Source: an uncultured Candidatus Saccharimonadales bacterium
GTDB taxonomy: Bacteria > Patescibacteriota > Saccharimonadia > UBA4664
Direction of reading: 5' to 3'
DNA: 33,294 nucleotides
NCBI GenBank assembly: GCA_964405545.1
Contig: CAYOOH010000001.1
Coordinates: forward strand, 1 to 33,294
Shown: positions 5,800-14,367 of the stretch, piece after piece
Layout of the letters: each line of letters starts with the position of its first letter
Numbering within the stretch: position 1 is the first letter of the stretch
Translations under genes and position numbers: made by a program
The notes under the pieces: generated by a model
Database searches by the model: none
The model's input: the letters and a program-made list of their open reading frames with translations, nothing else
Told to the model about the DNA's origin: nothing

Positions 5800-6621
5800 C
5801 TAAATGTGTCGGCGATGAACTGAGCCGAATAGTCGAGCTGCGATATAAATAGCAAAGCTAATGGAGGTAACAAGAACGCTGGGCTTGATCGTGCCAAAGG
5901 CGAGGCTGGAGACCAGGCCACCGACGCTTGCGGTGAGGGCAAAGAGAATGGACAGGCCAAGCACCGCCAGGGGTTTGGCCGACAAACGCACGGCGGCTGC
6001 GGCCGGGGTGATTGCTAGGCTCAGGACTAAGAGCGTACCCACGACCTGGGCGACGGCGGTAACGGTAAGCGCCAGAATGAATAGGAATATAATGCCGATG
6101 GCCCTAACATTCACGCCCCGAGCCTCTGCCACATCGGGATCGGTGGATGCGAACAGGAGGGGCCGGTAGATGATGGCCATTGCGACCATCACGCCGGCCG
6201 CAATGATAATGAGGATAACTAGCTGACCAGTCGAGACGCCAAAGATGTTGCCAAAGAGGATGTTGGTGGCCTGGGTAGCAAAGCCGTGGTAAAAGCTCAG
6301 AAGGAGCACGCCGATACCGAGGCCAAAGGCCAAGATGACGCCAATAGACGAGTCGCGTTCGTGCTCGCGGACACCGAGCGTGCCAATGATGCCGGCGACG
6401 ATGAGGGCTCCAACCAGGGCGCCGGCAATGGGGTTGCCGTTGATGAGTAGGCCGGCGGCGGCGCCGGTGAAGGCTAGTTCGCTGGTGCCATGAACGGCAA
6501 AGGACATGCCCCGCGTTATTACAAAGGGACCGATAATGCCGGCAATGATAGCAACAAGGGTAGCGGCGAGAAGGGCGTGCAGAGCAAAAGGCTGGGTAAG
6601 ATAGAAGCCGAGTTCAGTCAT
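5800..6621 (-). CDS. znuB: metal (Zn/Mn) ABC importer permease, ABC-3/ZnuB family
   Basis: Polytopic membrane protein with typical ABC-3 sequence (FALHALLAATLVAI..., TSELAFTGAAAG). Start moved to the ATG at 6621, giving an ATGACTGA overlap with the upstream ATPase stop. Confidence 0.85.
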   Translation of the reverse strand: MTELGFYLTQPFALHALLAATLVAIIAGIIGPFVITRGMSFAVHGTSELAFTGAAAGLLINGNPIAGALVGALIVAGIIGTLGVREHERDSSIGVILAFGLGIGVLLLSFYHGFATQATNILFGNIFGVSTGQLVILIIIAAGVMVAMAIIYRPLLFASTDPDVAEARGVNVRAIGIIFLFILALTVTAVAQVVGTLLVLSLAITPAAAAVRLSAKPLAVLGLSILFALTASVGGLVSSLAFGTIKPSVLVTSISFAIYIAARLFGSVHRRHI

Positions 6622-7450
6622 GTCTACTCTCGCGGGAATTATGGACATGGTGTCCGCCAGCCTCGGCCATGTTATCACCGGAACCCACCACGATCACGCG
6701 GCCATGAACGTTCAATACTTCGATGGGTGTGCCGTATAGTTGGCTAAGCCGTTCGGAGGTGAGGACCTCGCTGGGCTTACCCATGGCGAACTTGCCGCCG
6801 ACGAGGTAGAGTATGCGATCGACCATGGGCAGCACTGGGTTGATCTCGTGAGTGATGAACATAACGGCCATGTTGCTCGCACGGCGCTGCTTGTCGATGA
6901 GGTCGCTGACGGCCTGCTGATGCGAGAGGTCGAGCGAGAGTAGCGGCTCATCGCAGAGCAATACCCGAGGCTCCCCCACCAGGGCCTGGGCAATTCGTAG
7001 ACGTTGCTGTTCGCCACCGGAGAGTTGGCCAATGGGGGCGTCGGCATACGCCTCGGCACCTACGGCCCGGATGGCTCGTTCAACACGCTTGGCGGTGGCG
7101 CGAGCCTCGAAGGCGATGCCCAGCTGATGGCCGTCGAGGCCAAGGTGTACGAGATCACGGCCGCGCAAAGGTAGGTCCGGGTCAAAGCTTTGACGCTGGG
7201 GAACATAGCCAATGTGGTTTGAGCCCCGCTTGGGTGGTTGGCCCGCTACTTCTACGAGGCCGCTCGTGAGCGGAATAATACCCAATAGAACCCGCAACAG
7301 GCTGGTCTTGCCCGAGCCGTTCGGGCCAAGGACGGCGATAAACTCACCGGGTTGGACTTCGAGATTGAGGCCACTCCAGAGATGCCTCCCGCCGAGGCTC
7401 AGCTCGGCGGACTGGAGGCGAAGGGCAGGTGAGGTTTGAGCTTGTGTCAT
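6614..7450 (-). CDS. znuC: metal ABC importer ATP-binding protein, ZnuC-like
   Basis: Walker A GPNGSGKTS, signature LSGGEQQRLRIAQAL, Walker B LLCDEPLLSLD, H-loop ITHE. Confidence 0.9.
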   Translation of the reverse strand: MTQAQTSPALRLQSAELSLGGRHLWSGLNLEVQPGEFIAVLGPNGSGKTSLLRVLLGIIPLTSGLVEVAGQPPKRGSNHIGYVPQRQSFDPDLPLRGRDLVHLGLDGHQLGIAFEARATAKRVERAIRAVGAEAYADAPIGQLSGGEQQRLRIAQALVGEPRVLLCDEPLLSLDLSHQQAVSDLIDKQRRASNMAVMFITHEINPVLPMVDRILYLVGGKFAMGKPSEVLTSERLSQLYGTPIEVLNVHGRVIVVGSGDNMAEAGGHHVHNSRESRHD

Positions 7451-7462
7451 CGACCTGATTAT

Positions 7463-8398
7463 CTACTGACCAAGAGCGCCAAGCAAGGCATTGGCTTGGG
7501 CGAGTTGCCAGTCTTGATAGTGGTTATAGTTTTTGGGCAGGGTTTCGGTGACGCCAATGATGGGGATGCCGGCCGAGCGAGCGAGATCGCGGACATGCTG
7601 GGTGACGGGGCTGGTGGCCTGCGAGTTGTAGAGCAAGACTTTGATGTTGCGGCGCGTCATGAGGTTGTTCATGGCGGTGGTGTCGGCGGGGCTGGGGTCA
7701 TTGCCGTCTTCGATGGCCTTGGCAAAGCCTTGGGGGGTTTGGATGTTAAGGCCGGCATTGGCAAGCAGATAACCCGGGACAGGTTCGGTATAGGCAACGG
7801 GCGCGCCGGCATACTGGGCTTTGATTTGGTTGATGGTGTCTAGAATGGGCTTGAGGGAGTGGTTGAAGGTAGCGAGATTTTTTTCGAACTCGGCTTGGTG
7901 GGCGGGGTCCTTGGCGGCGAGGGCGGATTCGATTTGGGCTGCGACCTGGGAGACCTTGGTGGTGTCATACCAAAGGTGCGGGTTGGCGCCATTGTTGGTG
8001 ATGCCCGTGATTTTTTGAGCCGAGAGGACTTGGCGAGCATTATTTTTGGAGGCACTTAGCAACTTGTTCATAAAGTCGTCGTAGCCCAAGCCGTTGGTAA
8101 TGACGATGTCGGCCGAGGCGATAGCGGCAGCATCGCGGGCATCGGATTCGTAAAGATGCGGATCGGCAGTGGGGTCAGTGATGACGGCGGTCACTTGAAC
8201 GTGGCTGCCACCAAGTTGCGAGGCGATGTCCCCCCAAACGTTTTCGGCGGCCACGATTTTAACGGCACTGCCTTGGTGGGGGCCAGCATTCCTCGAAACG
8301 ATGAGCCAGCCGCCAATTACGAGAACGGCCACAACGACGATACCGATGAGGATGGGGCGGTTACTTTTTGACTGGGTTCGAGTTACAGAATTACTCAT
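7463..8398 (-). CDS. znuA: metal ABC importer substrate-binding protein, ZnuA/TroA (cluster 9) family
   Basis: N-terminal TM/signal anchor, then VITNGLGYDDFMNKLL, NPHLWYD and GVTETLP, typical of the ZnuA/TroA family. First gene of the znuACB-like operon. Confidence 0.85.
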   Translation of the reverse strand: MSNSVTRTQSKSNRPILIGIVVVAVLVIGGWLIVSRNAGPHQGSAVKIVAAENVWGDIASQLGGSHVQVTAVITDPTADPHLYESDARDAAAIASADIVITNGLGYDDFMNKLLSASKNNARQVLSAQKITGITNNGANPHLWYDTTKVSQVAAQIESALAAKDPAHQAEFEKNLATFNHSLKPILDTINQIKAQYAGAPVAYTEPVPGYLLANAGLNIQTPQGFAKAIEDGNDPSPADTTAMNNLMTRRNIKVLLYNSQATSPVTQHVRDLARSAGIPIIGVTETLPKNYNHYQDWQLAQANALLGALGQ

Positions 8399-8441
8399 AG
8401 ATGGTCTTAATGTACCAGACTATACGCTGGTGGTTAACAAT

Positions 8442-8466
8442 TTTGCAAATAACTTGCATTTGCAAA
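8442..8466. promoter_or_regulatory. 9-7-9 palindrome, candidate Zur/Fur box in the divergent znuA/zur promoter region
   Basis: TTTGCAAAT-aacttgc-ATTTGCAAA, with perfect 9-bp arms. It overlaps TTGCAA -35-like hexamers on both strands (minus strand: TTGCAA-N18-TATAGT toward znuA). Confidence 0.6.
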
Positions 8467-8490
8467 CTATCATGCAATAATGTCTCTTAC

Positions 8491-8919
8491 ATGAATGACG
8501 AACTGAAATTTAAAGACCATTTGCGCAGGACGGGTGAGCGCGTCACGACCCCGCGCCTGGGGATTTTTCGGATTATGTTGCGTAACGGCCCCATTAGCAT
8601 GAATAAGCTGATCGCTAAAGGCCAGGAGGATGGTATTGACCCGGTAACTACTTATCGGACGATGGATTTGTTTCGGAAACTGGGCCTCATCCAGGAGCTG
8701 GGGCTGGGGCGCAACCGGTTGCTTGAGCTAAGCGATAACTATCAGGTACACCACCATCATTTTTCGTGCCTAGCCTGCGGGAAGATTGATGATTTTGATA
8801 GCCAGGCGATTGAGGCAGAATTGCGCCAGGTGGGAGCCGCAACGGGATTTGACATTCGGTCGCATCAGCTGGAGGTAACGGGGATCTGCGCGGCGTGTCA
8901 ATCTAAGCCGCTCGCTTAA
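8491..8919 (+). CDS. zur: Fur-family metalloregulator, probably Zur
   Basis: RRTGERVTTPRLGIFRIM winged-helix region, HHHHFSC..C and C..C metal-binding motifs. It lies divergent from the znu operon. Start moved to ATG 8491 (MNDELKF...). Confidence 0.8.
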   Translation: MNDELKFKDHLRRTGERVTTPRLGIFRIMLRNGPISMNKLIAKGQEDGIDPVTTYRTMDLFRKLGLIQELGLGRNRLLELSDNYQVHHHHFSCLACGKIDDFDSQAIEAELRQVGAATGFDIRSHQLEVTGICAACQSKPLA

Positions 8920-8995
8920 ATTAGGAAGACATGGCGAAAAAGTGGCCATGACCAGGAGGCTGATGATGTTGCATTTATCGGATTATTGGCGGCGC

Positions 8996-9739
8996 CTATT
9001 TGAGGGTAAATCCAGCATCTACGACTAGATTCTCGCCCGTTACAGCCTCGGCGGTCGCCAGATACAAGAAGGCTTGGGCGATTTCTTCTGGCTGGATCCA
9101 GCGCTTAATTAGGGTGCTGTCGATGAACTGGTCTTTGACTCCTTGTGGGGTGTTGTCGTAGTTGGGGGTAATAACAAAACCGGGGGCGACGGCGTTGACG
9201 CGGATTCTGGGCGCCAATTCTTTGGCCAGGGTTTTGGTAAAGCTGATAGCGGCAGCTTTGGCGGCTGAATAGGCCATAATACCTTCGCGGCCCGCATGCT
9301 CGACGCCGCGAATGGAGGTGGTGTTGAGAATCACGCCGCTGCCTTTTTGGAGCATAATTTTGGCAGCCTCTTGGGAACAGAGAACCATATTAAAGAGGTT
9401 GTTATCGAAATCCGACAGCCAATCAGCCTTGGTGGTCTCGAGGAATGGTTTGCTTGCGGCAACGCCGGCGTTGTTTATCAGAATATCAACCGTTCCGAAC
9501 TTCTGGATGGTGGCCTCAAAGAGCCTCTTGACTTGGTTGGGCTGGGCAAGATCGGCTTGGACAAATAACGCTTGGCCGCCAGCTTTGGTAATTTCAGTGG
9601 TTACGGCCTGGCCGCCTGATGCGTTATTCTTGGCATTTATGACCACTTTGGCGCCTTGTTCGGCAAAGAGCAGGGCCGTGGCTCGGCCGATGTTAGCGGC
9701 CGAGCCGGTAATGATTGCGACTTTCCCGGCTAATTTCAT
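8996..9739 (-). CDS. SDR-family oxidoreductase (FabG-like)
   Basis: TGSAANIG cofactor motif, NNAG, catalytic YSAAKAA (YxxxK). Confidence 0.9.
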   Translation of the reverse strand: MKLAGKVAIITGSAANIGRATALLFAEQGAKVVINAKNNASGGQAVTTEITKAGGQALFVQADLAQPNQVKRLFEATIQKFGTVDILINNAGVAASKPFLETTKADWLSDFDNNLFNMVLCSQEAAKIMLQKGSGVILNTTSIRGVEHAGREGIMAYSAAKAAAISFTKTLAKELAPRIRVNAVAPGFVITPNYDNTPQGVKDQFIDSTLIKRWIQPEEIAQAFLYLATAEAVTGENLVVDAGFTLK

Positions 9740-9919
9740 GACAGCTTCCTTGATTAGTGCCAGCCTTAACAGTAGAAGAAATGTCTTTTCTGAGCAAATT
9801 AATGGTTGAGGACAGCGATTTTAAATCTTGGTTGCGGGAAGATCTGTGGGGTTTTTGGGGACACGAGGAGCGACGAAGCCCCCAACAGAGTCAGGGACTT
9901 CGTCGGGGGCATGGAGCGG

Positions 9920-10375
9920 CTATTCGGGTTGACTGCGCTGCATCTGCTGGTAGGCTTCCAGCATTTGCGGCGTCGGTTCCGTGAGGGTCTTGCAGCTAAT
10001 CAGATGGACCTCCAGAGCTTGGTACCTTGAGCGTACCCACTCTTCGACGGCTCGAAGATGGGCGAGGGTACAGATCGGGCCGCGGCGCAAGACGGTTGTG
10101 GCGCCAAACCCCGTCCCCTGTGCCGAAGCAAAGAAGTAGGCGGCGAAGTAGTAAGAGATGCTCCCATCAGAGGAGCTGGGACTGTCGGGTAGGAAGTCCC
10201 AGTTGAGGATGGCGGCAACGTGAACGCCATACTCCATAGCTAGGCTGGCCTGTAGGTCCCAGATGGACTGCTCGCTTGAAGGTGCTCCTGGCAGTTCGAT
10301 GACAGACGAACCATACGCCAGTTTCAGCCCGAACCGATCGTCCGGGATGGTGAAGGAGACGAGATAGGACGGCAT
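9920..10375 (-). CDS. hypothetical protein, 151 aa
   Basis: Complete ORF served by a consensus promoter (see 10429-10458). No motif recognised. Confidence 0.55.
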   Translation of the reverse strand: MPSYLVSFTIPDDRFGLKLAYGSSVIELPGAPSSEQSIWDLQASLAMEYGVHVAAILNWDFLPDSPSSSDGSISYYFAAYFFASAQGTGFGATTVLRRGPICTLAHLRAVEEWVRSRYQALEVHLISCKTLTEPTPQMLEAYQQMQRSQPE

Positions 10376-10428
10376 GTTGGCCTCTATTTCTGTCTTAGCC
10401 CGAAAATACCTAGGTTGACTGTTTTGCT

Positions 10429-10458
10429 ATTATATATGTATTTGCTACTTTTTGTCAA
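10429..10458 (-). promoter_or_regulatory. consensus sigma70 promoter for the 151-aa orphan gene
   Basis: On the complement strand, TTGACA-N18-TATAAT. Confidence 0.6.
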
Positions 10459-10571
10459 TGCTTAGGCGGATATGCGACCTCGTCTCACGTGCCGAGCCGG
10501 ATCGTTTGACGAGAGTACGAGGCTCTTATTACAATAGTGACTTGAGGGCAGGACTCCGGAGCAGGGTCGAG

Positions 10572-10600
10572 TTGACGGCCTGGGATTTTGAAGCTATTAT
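10572..10600 (+). promoter_or_regulatory. sigma70-like promoter for the 76-aa orphan gene
   Basis: TTGACG-N17-TATTAT, followed by a GGAAGGA SD and ATG 10646. Confidence 0.55.
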
Positions 10601-10645
10601 TGGTAACGCTTGACGTCAGCTCCATCACCTGGAAGGAATGGCATT

Positions 10646-10876
10646 ATGTCTGCACGACGAGGGATACGCCGCTGCATCGAGCCGGGCTGCGACCTACAGG
10701 TAGTAACGGCAACGATTTCCGACAACTGCTGGGTTTGGGAGATTAGCCGACACCCCAGCGTGACCGAGGATTCTGCCCTTACCAACGGCATGGGCATCGG
10801 CTATTTCTACGGTGCCATTGTGAGACACAAGGTGAGCGCCGATGGTACTGTGGAGCACTCGATTACGAGAAAGTAG
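10646..10876 (+). CDS. hypothetical small Cys-containing protein, 76 aa
   Basis: ATG 10646 has a GGAAGGA SD (the track ORF starts at an upstream TTG). A hairpin plus T-run, CAGCggggtttttGCTG, lies at about 10950-10966. No motif recognised. Confidence 0.5.
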   Translation: MSARRGIRRCIEPGCDLQVVTATISDNCWVWEISRHPSVTEDSALTNGMGIGYFYGAIVRHKVSADGTVEHSITRK

Positions 10877-11068
10877 GCGAGGGCTTAAGATGAACTCTGC
10901 TTAACCTCGTACCAACCCCCGCTGGACATACCGTTAGATTCGGGTGTTGTCAGCGGGGTTTTTGCTGCTCGAAAAGGCTTTGGCCGCAGGAGGCAGTGCC
11001 GGTTTGAGCCATCTGGTATGATTGCGGCATGGTAATCGACTTGCGACCAACCGTACTGTGAAGCATGA

Positions 11069-11692
11069 ATGAATAGGATAATTCTGCTGGATGTTGATGG
11101 CGTATTGATTGTGCCGCCAAAGTCATTTTCTGAGCAGTATTGTGAGCGGTACGGAGTTGATCCAAGCGTGCAGGCCAGGTTCTATGCAACCCAGGAGTTT
11201 CGACAGGCGTCGCTTGGCAGTTTTGATCTTAAGGAGGCGATCCGCATACATAGGGATTTGTGGCAATGGAGCGGCTCCCCGGATGAGCTGATGGCCTTGT
11301 GGTTTGAGGGGGAGAACTATCCCAATACCGAGCTACTGGAGCTGGTGGCGGCTTTTCGAGACAGAGGGATTGGGGTTTACTTAGCTACCCAGCAGGAACG
11401 GTACCGGAAGCAGTGGCTGGAGTCAGTTGTGTTCAAGGATAGGCTGGACGGTATTTTTTGCTCTTGCGACCTGGGGTGCGACAAACAAGAGGACGGTTTT
11501 TGGCAAGGAGTTTTGGGGCGACTAGGCGAGATTTATCCGGATATGGCGCCGCAGAGCATTGCTTATTTTGATGACAGACAGAGGCTGGTTGAGAAGGCTC
11601 GGGAGTTTGGAATTGACGCCAACTTGTACGTAAATGCGCAAGAGGTGGGGCGTATCTTGACCGACAAGTTTGGTTTGGCTTACAAGTCCTAA
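11069..11692 (+). CDS. HAD-superfamily hydrolase
   Basis: Motif I LLDVDGVLI at the N-terminus and a C-terminal FDD motif. Confidence 0.8.
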   Translation: MNRIILLDVDGVLIVPPKSFSEQYCERYGVDPSVQARFYATQEFRQASLGSFDLKEAIRIHRDLWQWSGSPDELMALWFEGENYPNTELLELVAAFRDRGIGVYLATQQERYRKQWLESVVFKDRLDGIFCSCDLGCDKQEDGFWQGVLGRLGEIYPDMAPQSIAYFDDRQRLVEKAREFGIDANLYVNAQEVGRILTDKFGLAYKS

Positions 11693-11843
11693 ACTGGTAC
11701 CAGAGGGGACGGATAGATGATGGCGATGCGTGGGTACGGTACAGATCTTTTGAGAGAGGGTGGTTGGGTAATCTAAAAGGGTAAGACCTGAGCTGTGAGG
11801 TGGCAAAAGGTGGTACGATGGCTTTATAGATAGGAGCGGCAGC

Positions 11844-12746
11844 GTGGGACAGAAGATTACACCCAATTTGTGGTTTGATGGCAAGGCGAAGGAGGCAGCG
11901 GAGTTTTATGTCGGGGCGTTCCCGGACAGCAGGGTCGTATCGACGGTTAATTATCCAAACAGTGCCGAGGAGGGGTTGGCTGATTTCCAGCTGGAGATGG
12001 CTGGCAAGGTACTGATGGTAGAGTTCGAACTGGGGGGTTTGGGGTTTATGGCTATTAACGCCGGGCCGGAGTTTAGGCCTAATGCGTCGGTTTCGTTTAT
12101 GGTTAACTTTGATCCGTCGCGGGATGAGCAGGCCGAAGCGCATTTGGATGCCTTGTGGGCCAAGCTAGTTGAGGGCGGCGAGGTGATGATGGCGCTGGAC
12201 GCGTATCCTTTTAGTAAGCGTTATGGATGGGTAAAAGATCGTTATGGACTGACATGGCAGTTGATTTTGACTAATCCCAAGGGTGAGCCGCGGCCGTTTA
12301 TTATTCCGTCCCTAATGTTTGGTCAGAAGCAGGTCAATCGGGCCGAGGAGGCGACTAAGTTTTATGTGTCGGTTTTTAAGGATGCGAAGATAGGAACGAT
12401 GGCACGGTATGCCAAGCAGACGGGGCCGGCCAAGGAAGGATCGGTGATGTTTGGCGACTTTGCTCTAGCTGGGCAGTGGTTTGCGGCGATGGATGCAGGG
12501 GTTGACCAGGATTTTAGTTTTAACGAGGCGGTGTCGCTGGCGGTGAGCTGTCGTGATCAGGCCGAAATCGATTACTTTTGGGAGAAGTTGTCGAGCGTGC
12601 CGGAGGCCGAACAGTGCGGCTGGTGCAAGGATAAATACGGGGTGAGTTGGCAGATTGTGCCGGAGAACATGGGTGAGCTAATGAAGCGTCCGGGGGCGTA
12701 TGCGCACATGATGCAGATGAAGAAACTGGTGATCGAGGAGTTCTAG
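11844..12746 (+). CDS. VOC/glyoxalase-fold protein with two tandem PhnB / 3-demethylubiquinone-9 3-methyltransferase-like domains
   Basis: KITPNLWFDGKAKEAAEFY, RYGWVKDRYGLTWQL and, in the second repeat, GWCKDKYGVSWQIVP. GTG start. Confidence 0.75.
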   Translation: MGQKITPNLWFDGKAKEAAEFYVGAFPDSRVVSTVNYPNSAEEGLADFQLEMAGKVLMVEFELGGLGFMAINAGPEFRPNASVSFMVNFDPSRDEQAEAHLDALWAKLVEGGEVMMALDAYPFSKRYGWVKDRYGLTWQLILTNPKGEPRPFIIPSLMFGQKQVNRAEEATKFYVSVFKDAKIGTMARYAKQTGPAKEGSVMFGDFALAGQWFAAMDAGVDQDFSFNEAVSLAVSCRDQAEIDYFWEKLSSVPEAEQCGWCKDKYGVSWQIVPENMGELMKRPGAYAHMMQMKKLVIEEF

Positions 12747-12819
12747 GCGACTGAGCGGTTAGCGGAGGAGGGCTCGGCTACAAAAGGAGTCCGCCCGCAG
12801 GGTACGCGAGCGGACTGGG

Positions 12820-13344
12820 TTAGTGGTACCTTGGACTCTCGAGGTCCTCTATGATGTGGGCGGGATATTGGGTACCGGACCAAAAATCGAGGCCGAGAGC
12901 GGCAGCGCCTTGCTCGGCGACGCGGATGTAACTGCGCAGAACGGGCAGAGCCTGGCAGGTCTGGGGCGGACGAATAAAGGCCCAGTGGTCGGGCAGGATC
13001 TCGACTAGCTGATAGCCTATCTCCCGGTCCCTGAGTGATCCGAGGGCCGTATCGGGGAGCTCGAAGCAGGCAGCCTGGACTAGGCTGCCTGCTTGGGGCT
13101 GGAGGTTGCCATAGGCATATTGACCGACGGGAGCATTAAAGACTCGTTGAAAGCCTGGAATGTCTAGACGAGTAAGGATCGCGGGCCAACCAAGCGTGCG
13201 TTCTAAGCTAGCTTGGTTGAGAAGCGACGTATGGGCGATGAGTCGCACGACGCCTCCTATTTCTGTAAAGGGTACGTTTGTTTTGTTATGCTTCTCGGAG
13301 AAGAGAAGAATGGATATAGTATTGCTTTTTCGTAGGGTTGTCAA
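12820..13344 (-). CDS. hypothetical protein, tentatively gamma-glutamylcyclotransferase/ChaC-like fold
   Basis: Weak resemblance only: GFQRVFN and LRDREIGYQLVEI resemble GGCT/ChaC motifs. Confidence 0.35.
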   Translation of the reverse strand: MTTLRKSNTISILLFSEKHNKTNVPFTEIGGVVRLIAHTSLLNQASLERTLGWPAILTRLDIPGFQRVFNAPVGQYAYGNLQPQAGSLVQAACFELPDTALGSLRDREIGYQLVEILPDHWAFIRPPQTCQALPVLRSYIRVAEQGAAALGLDFWSGTQYPAHIIEDLESPRYH

Positions 13345-13409
13345 CTAATTTCGGCGATGAAATGTTGGGTCTGGGAGTGACTCGGGTCCCTGCTTGGACT
13401 CTGTGGCAG

Positions 13410-13438
13410 TTGGCAACCGTACCGGCAGGGGTTATGAT
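13410..13438 (+). promoter_or_regulatory. sigma70-like promoter for the Xre/DUF2384 operon
   Basis: TTGGCA-N17-TATGAT. Confidence 0.5.
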
Positions 13439-13485
13439 GGCCGAGTTCTAAGGTTACATTGAAACGACCGAAAGGATGTACCACG

Positions 13486-13938
13486 ATGGGTCGTGATGCG
13501 CCGACAGACGGCGTGACGGGTCTGTTGCGGGTGTTGATCAATGAGCGCGGGATGAGCTGGGCTGATGTGGCTCGGATTGCCGGGCTATCAGTGACTGTCT
13601 TACGTCAACTCAAGCCGGGAGAGATGGTCTCTCCTGAGGGAACGAAAGCTCTGGTGGCTCTGGTGGCTTTTCTTAGCAGCCTGGAGCAGGAATGCGGAGT
13701 GACGGATCCGGCCAGCTGGCTGGAGACTTGGCAGGATATGGCCGGAGGGTACCGGATGCGGCCGCTCGAACTGTATGCGGCGGATAGAATTGGTGAGTTG
13801 CAGGAGCTAGCCCGAGGCCAATTGACTTGGGAGGCCCTGCTAGATCGCCTGGAGCCTAACTGGCGGGTCAGTACTTTTCGCCGGTTTAGGGTTGTGATGG
13901 GGCCGGATGGCCATCCGGCTCTGGTACAGCGTCGATAA
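13486..13938 (+). CDS. Xre-type HTH + DUF2384-like (MbcA/ParS/Xre antitoxin family) protein, 150 aa
   Basis: HTH MSWADVARIAGLSVTVLRQL. C-terminal ASWLETWQDMAGGYRMRPLELYAADRIGELQELARGQL fits the DUF2384 toxin-binding domain pattern (Wl...lgG.rPldl....g...v...L). ATG 13486 has an AAAGGA SD. Confidence 0.6.
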   Translation: MGRDAPTDGVTGLLRVLINERGMSWADVARIAGLSVTVLRQLKPGEMVSPEGTKALVALVAFLSSLEQECGVTDPASWLETWQDMAGGYRMRPLELYAADRIGELQELARGQLTWEALLDRLEPNWRVSTFRRFRVVMGPDGHPALVQRR

Positions 13939-13966
13939 TACACGGCTAGGCGAGAGGATTGTTGCA

Positions 13967-14212
13967 ATGGACCAGCGAGAGATCGAGCAAGTGCTAAGTG
14001 GTAGTCCGATTGGGGCTAGATTCCAGGTCGAGGACTGTGATGCCGATGGTGACGCGGCTCTTGAGCTGGCGCATGTGAACGGTATTGTTGGCAAGCCACT
14101 CCGTCAGCGGGGCAACCCTGAACGGATACGGTTTACGGTGGTGGCGCCGGAGAGGCTGGCGTGGCTGGCTGAGCGATTGGCGGGCCACATTAGCTTGATT
14201 ACGCGGCTGTAA
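13967..14212 (+). CDS. hypothetical acidic protein, 81 aa, downstream partner of the antitoxin-like gene
   Basis: GAGAGGA SD upstream of ATG 13967. No RES or other toxin motif is visible. Confidence 0.45.
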   Translation: MDQREIEQVLSGSPIGARFQVEDCDADGDAALELAHVNGIVGKPLRQRGNPERIRFTVVAPERLAWLAERLAGHISLITRL

Positions 14213-14324
14213 CGTGTGTTGGCGTCCTCACGGGCCGGGGAATTGTCCTCGGGTCGTGGGGGCGGTTCTTTTTTTGTGGGAGATTGGGGTTCGGGGTGAG
14301 CCGGGTGGTGTAATAAAAATGGTT

Positions 14325-14355
14325 GAGGCCGCCCCGGTGGTGCTGGGGCGGCCTC
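14325..14355 (-). terminator. rho-independent terminator for the 96-aa membrane protein gene
   Basis: Perfect 11-bp GC-rich stem GAGGCCGCCCC/GGGGCGGCCTC, followed on the complement strand by AACCAUUUUUAUUA. Confidence 0.7.
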
Positions 14356-14367
14356 GGTAGTGGGTGC

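Noticed and set aside
8380-8398. GGGTTCGAGTTAC, a tRNA T-arm-like string
   Set aside because: It lies inside the N-terminal coding region of the znuA-like gene, and no acceptor or anticodon arms can be drawn around it. No convincing tRNA was seen anywhere in the window.
8401-8490. N-terminal extensions offered by the ORF track (8401 for zur, 1685 for the MerR-GHKL gene, 6678 for znuB, 17199 for the reductase fusion, 23353 for radC, 10610, 13459, 13907, 32208)
   Set aside because: In each case an internal ATG with an SD, or a stop/start overlap with the upstream gene, gives the family-typical N-terminus. The extensions add implausible residues or overlap regulatory DNA.
8957-8990. Second CUGAUGA at 8957 (and another at about 14396) as possible additional hammerheads
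   Set aside because: No properly placed GAAA, no G10.1-C11.1 stem II and no NUH/stem III partner are present. The 14396 copy lies inside a coding region and has non-canonical 10.1 and 15.1 positions.
9865-9912. Hairpin CGACGAAG-N19-CTTCGTCG downstream of the 151-aa gene as a terminator
   Set aside because: No U-run follows on the relevant (minus) strand and the loop is long. It may still be structural, but it cannot be called an intrinsic terminator.
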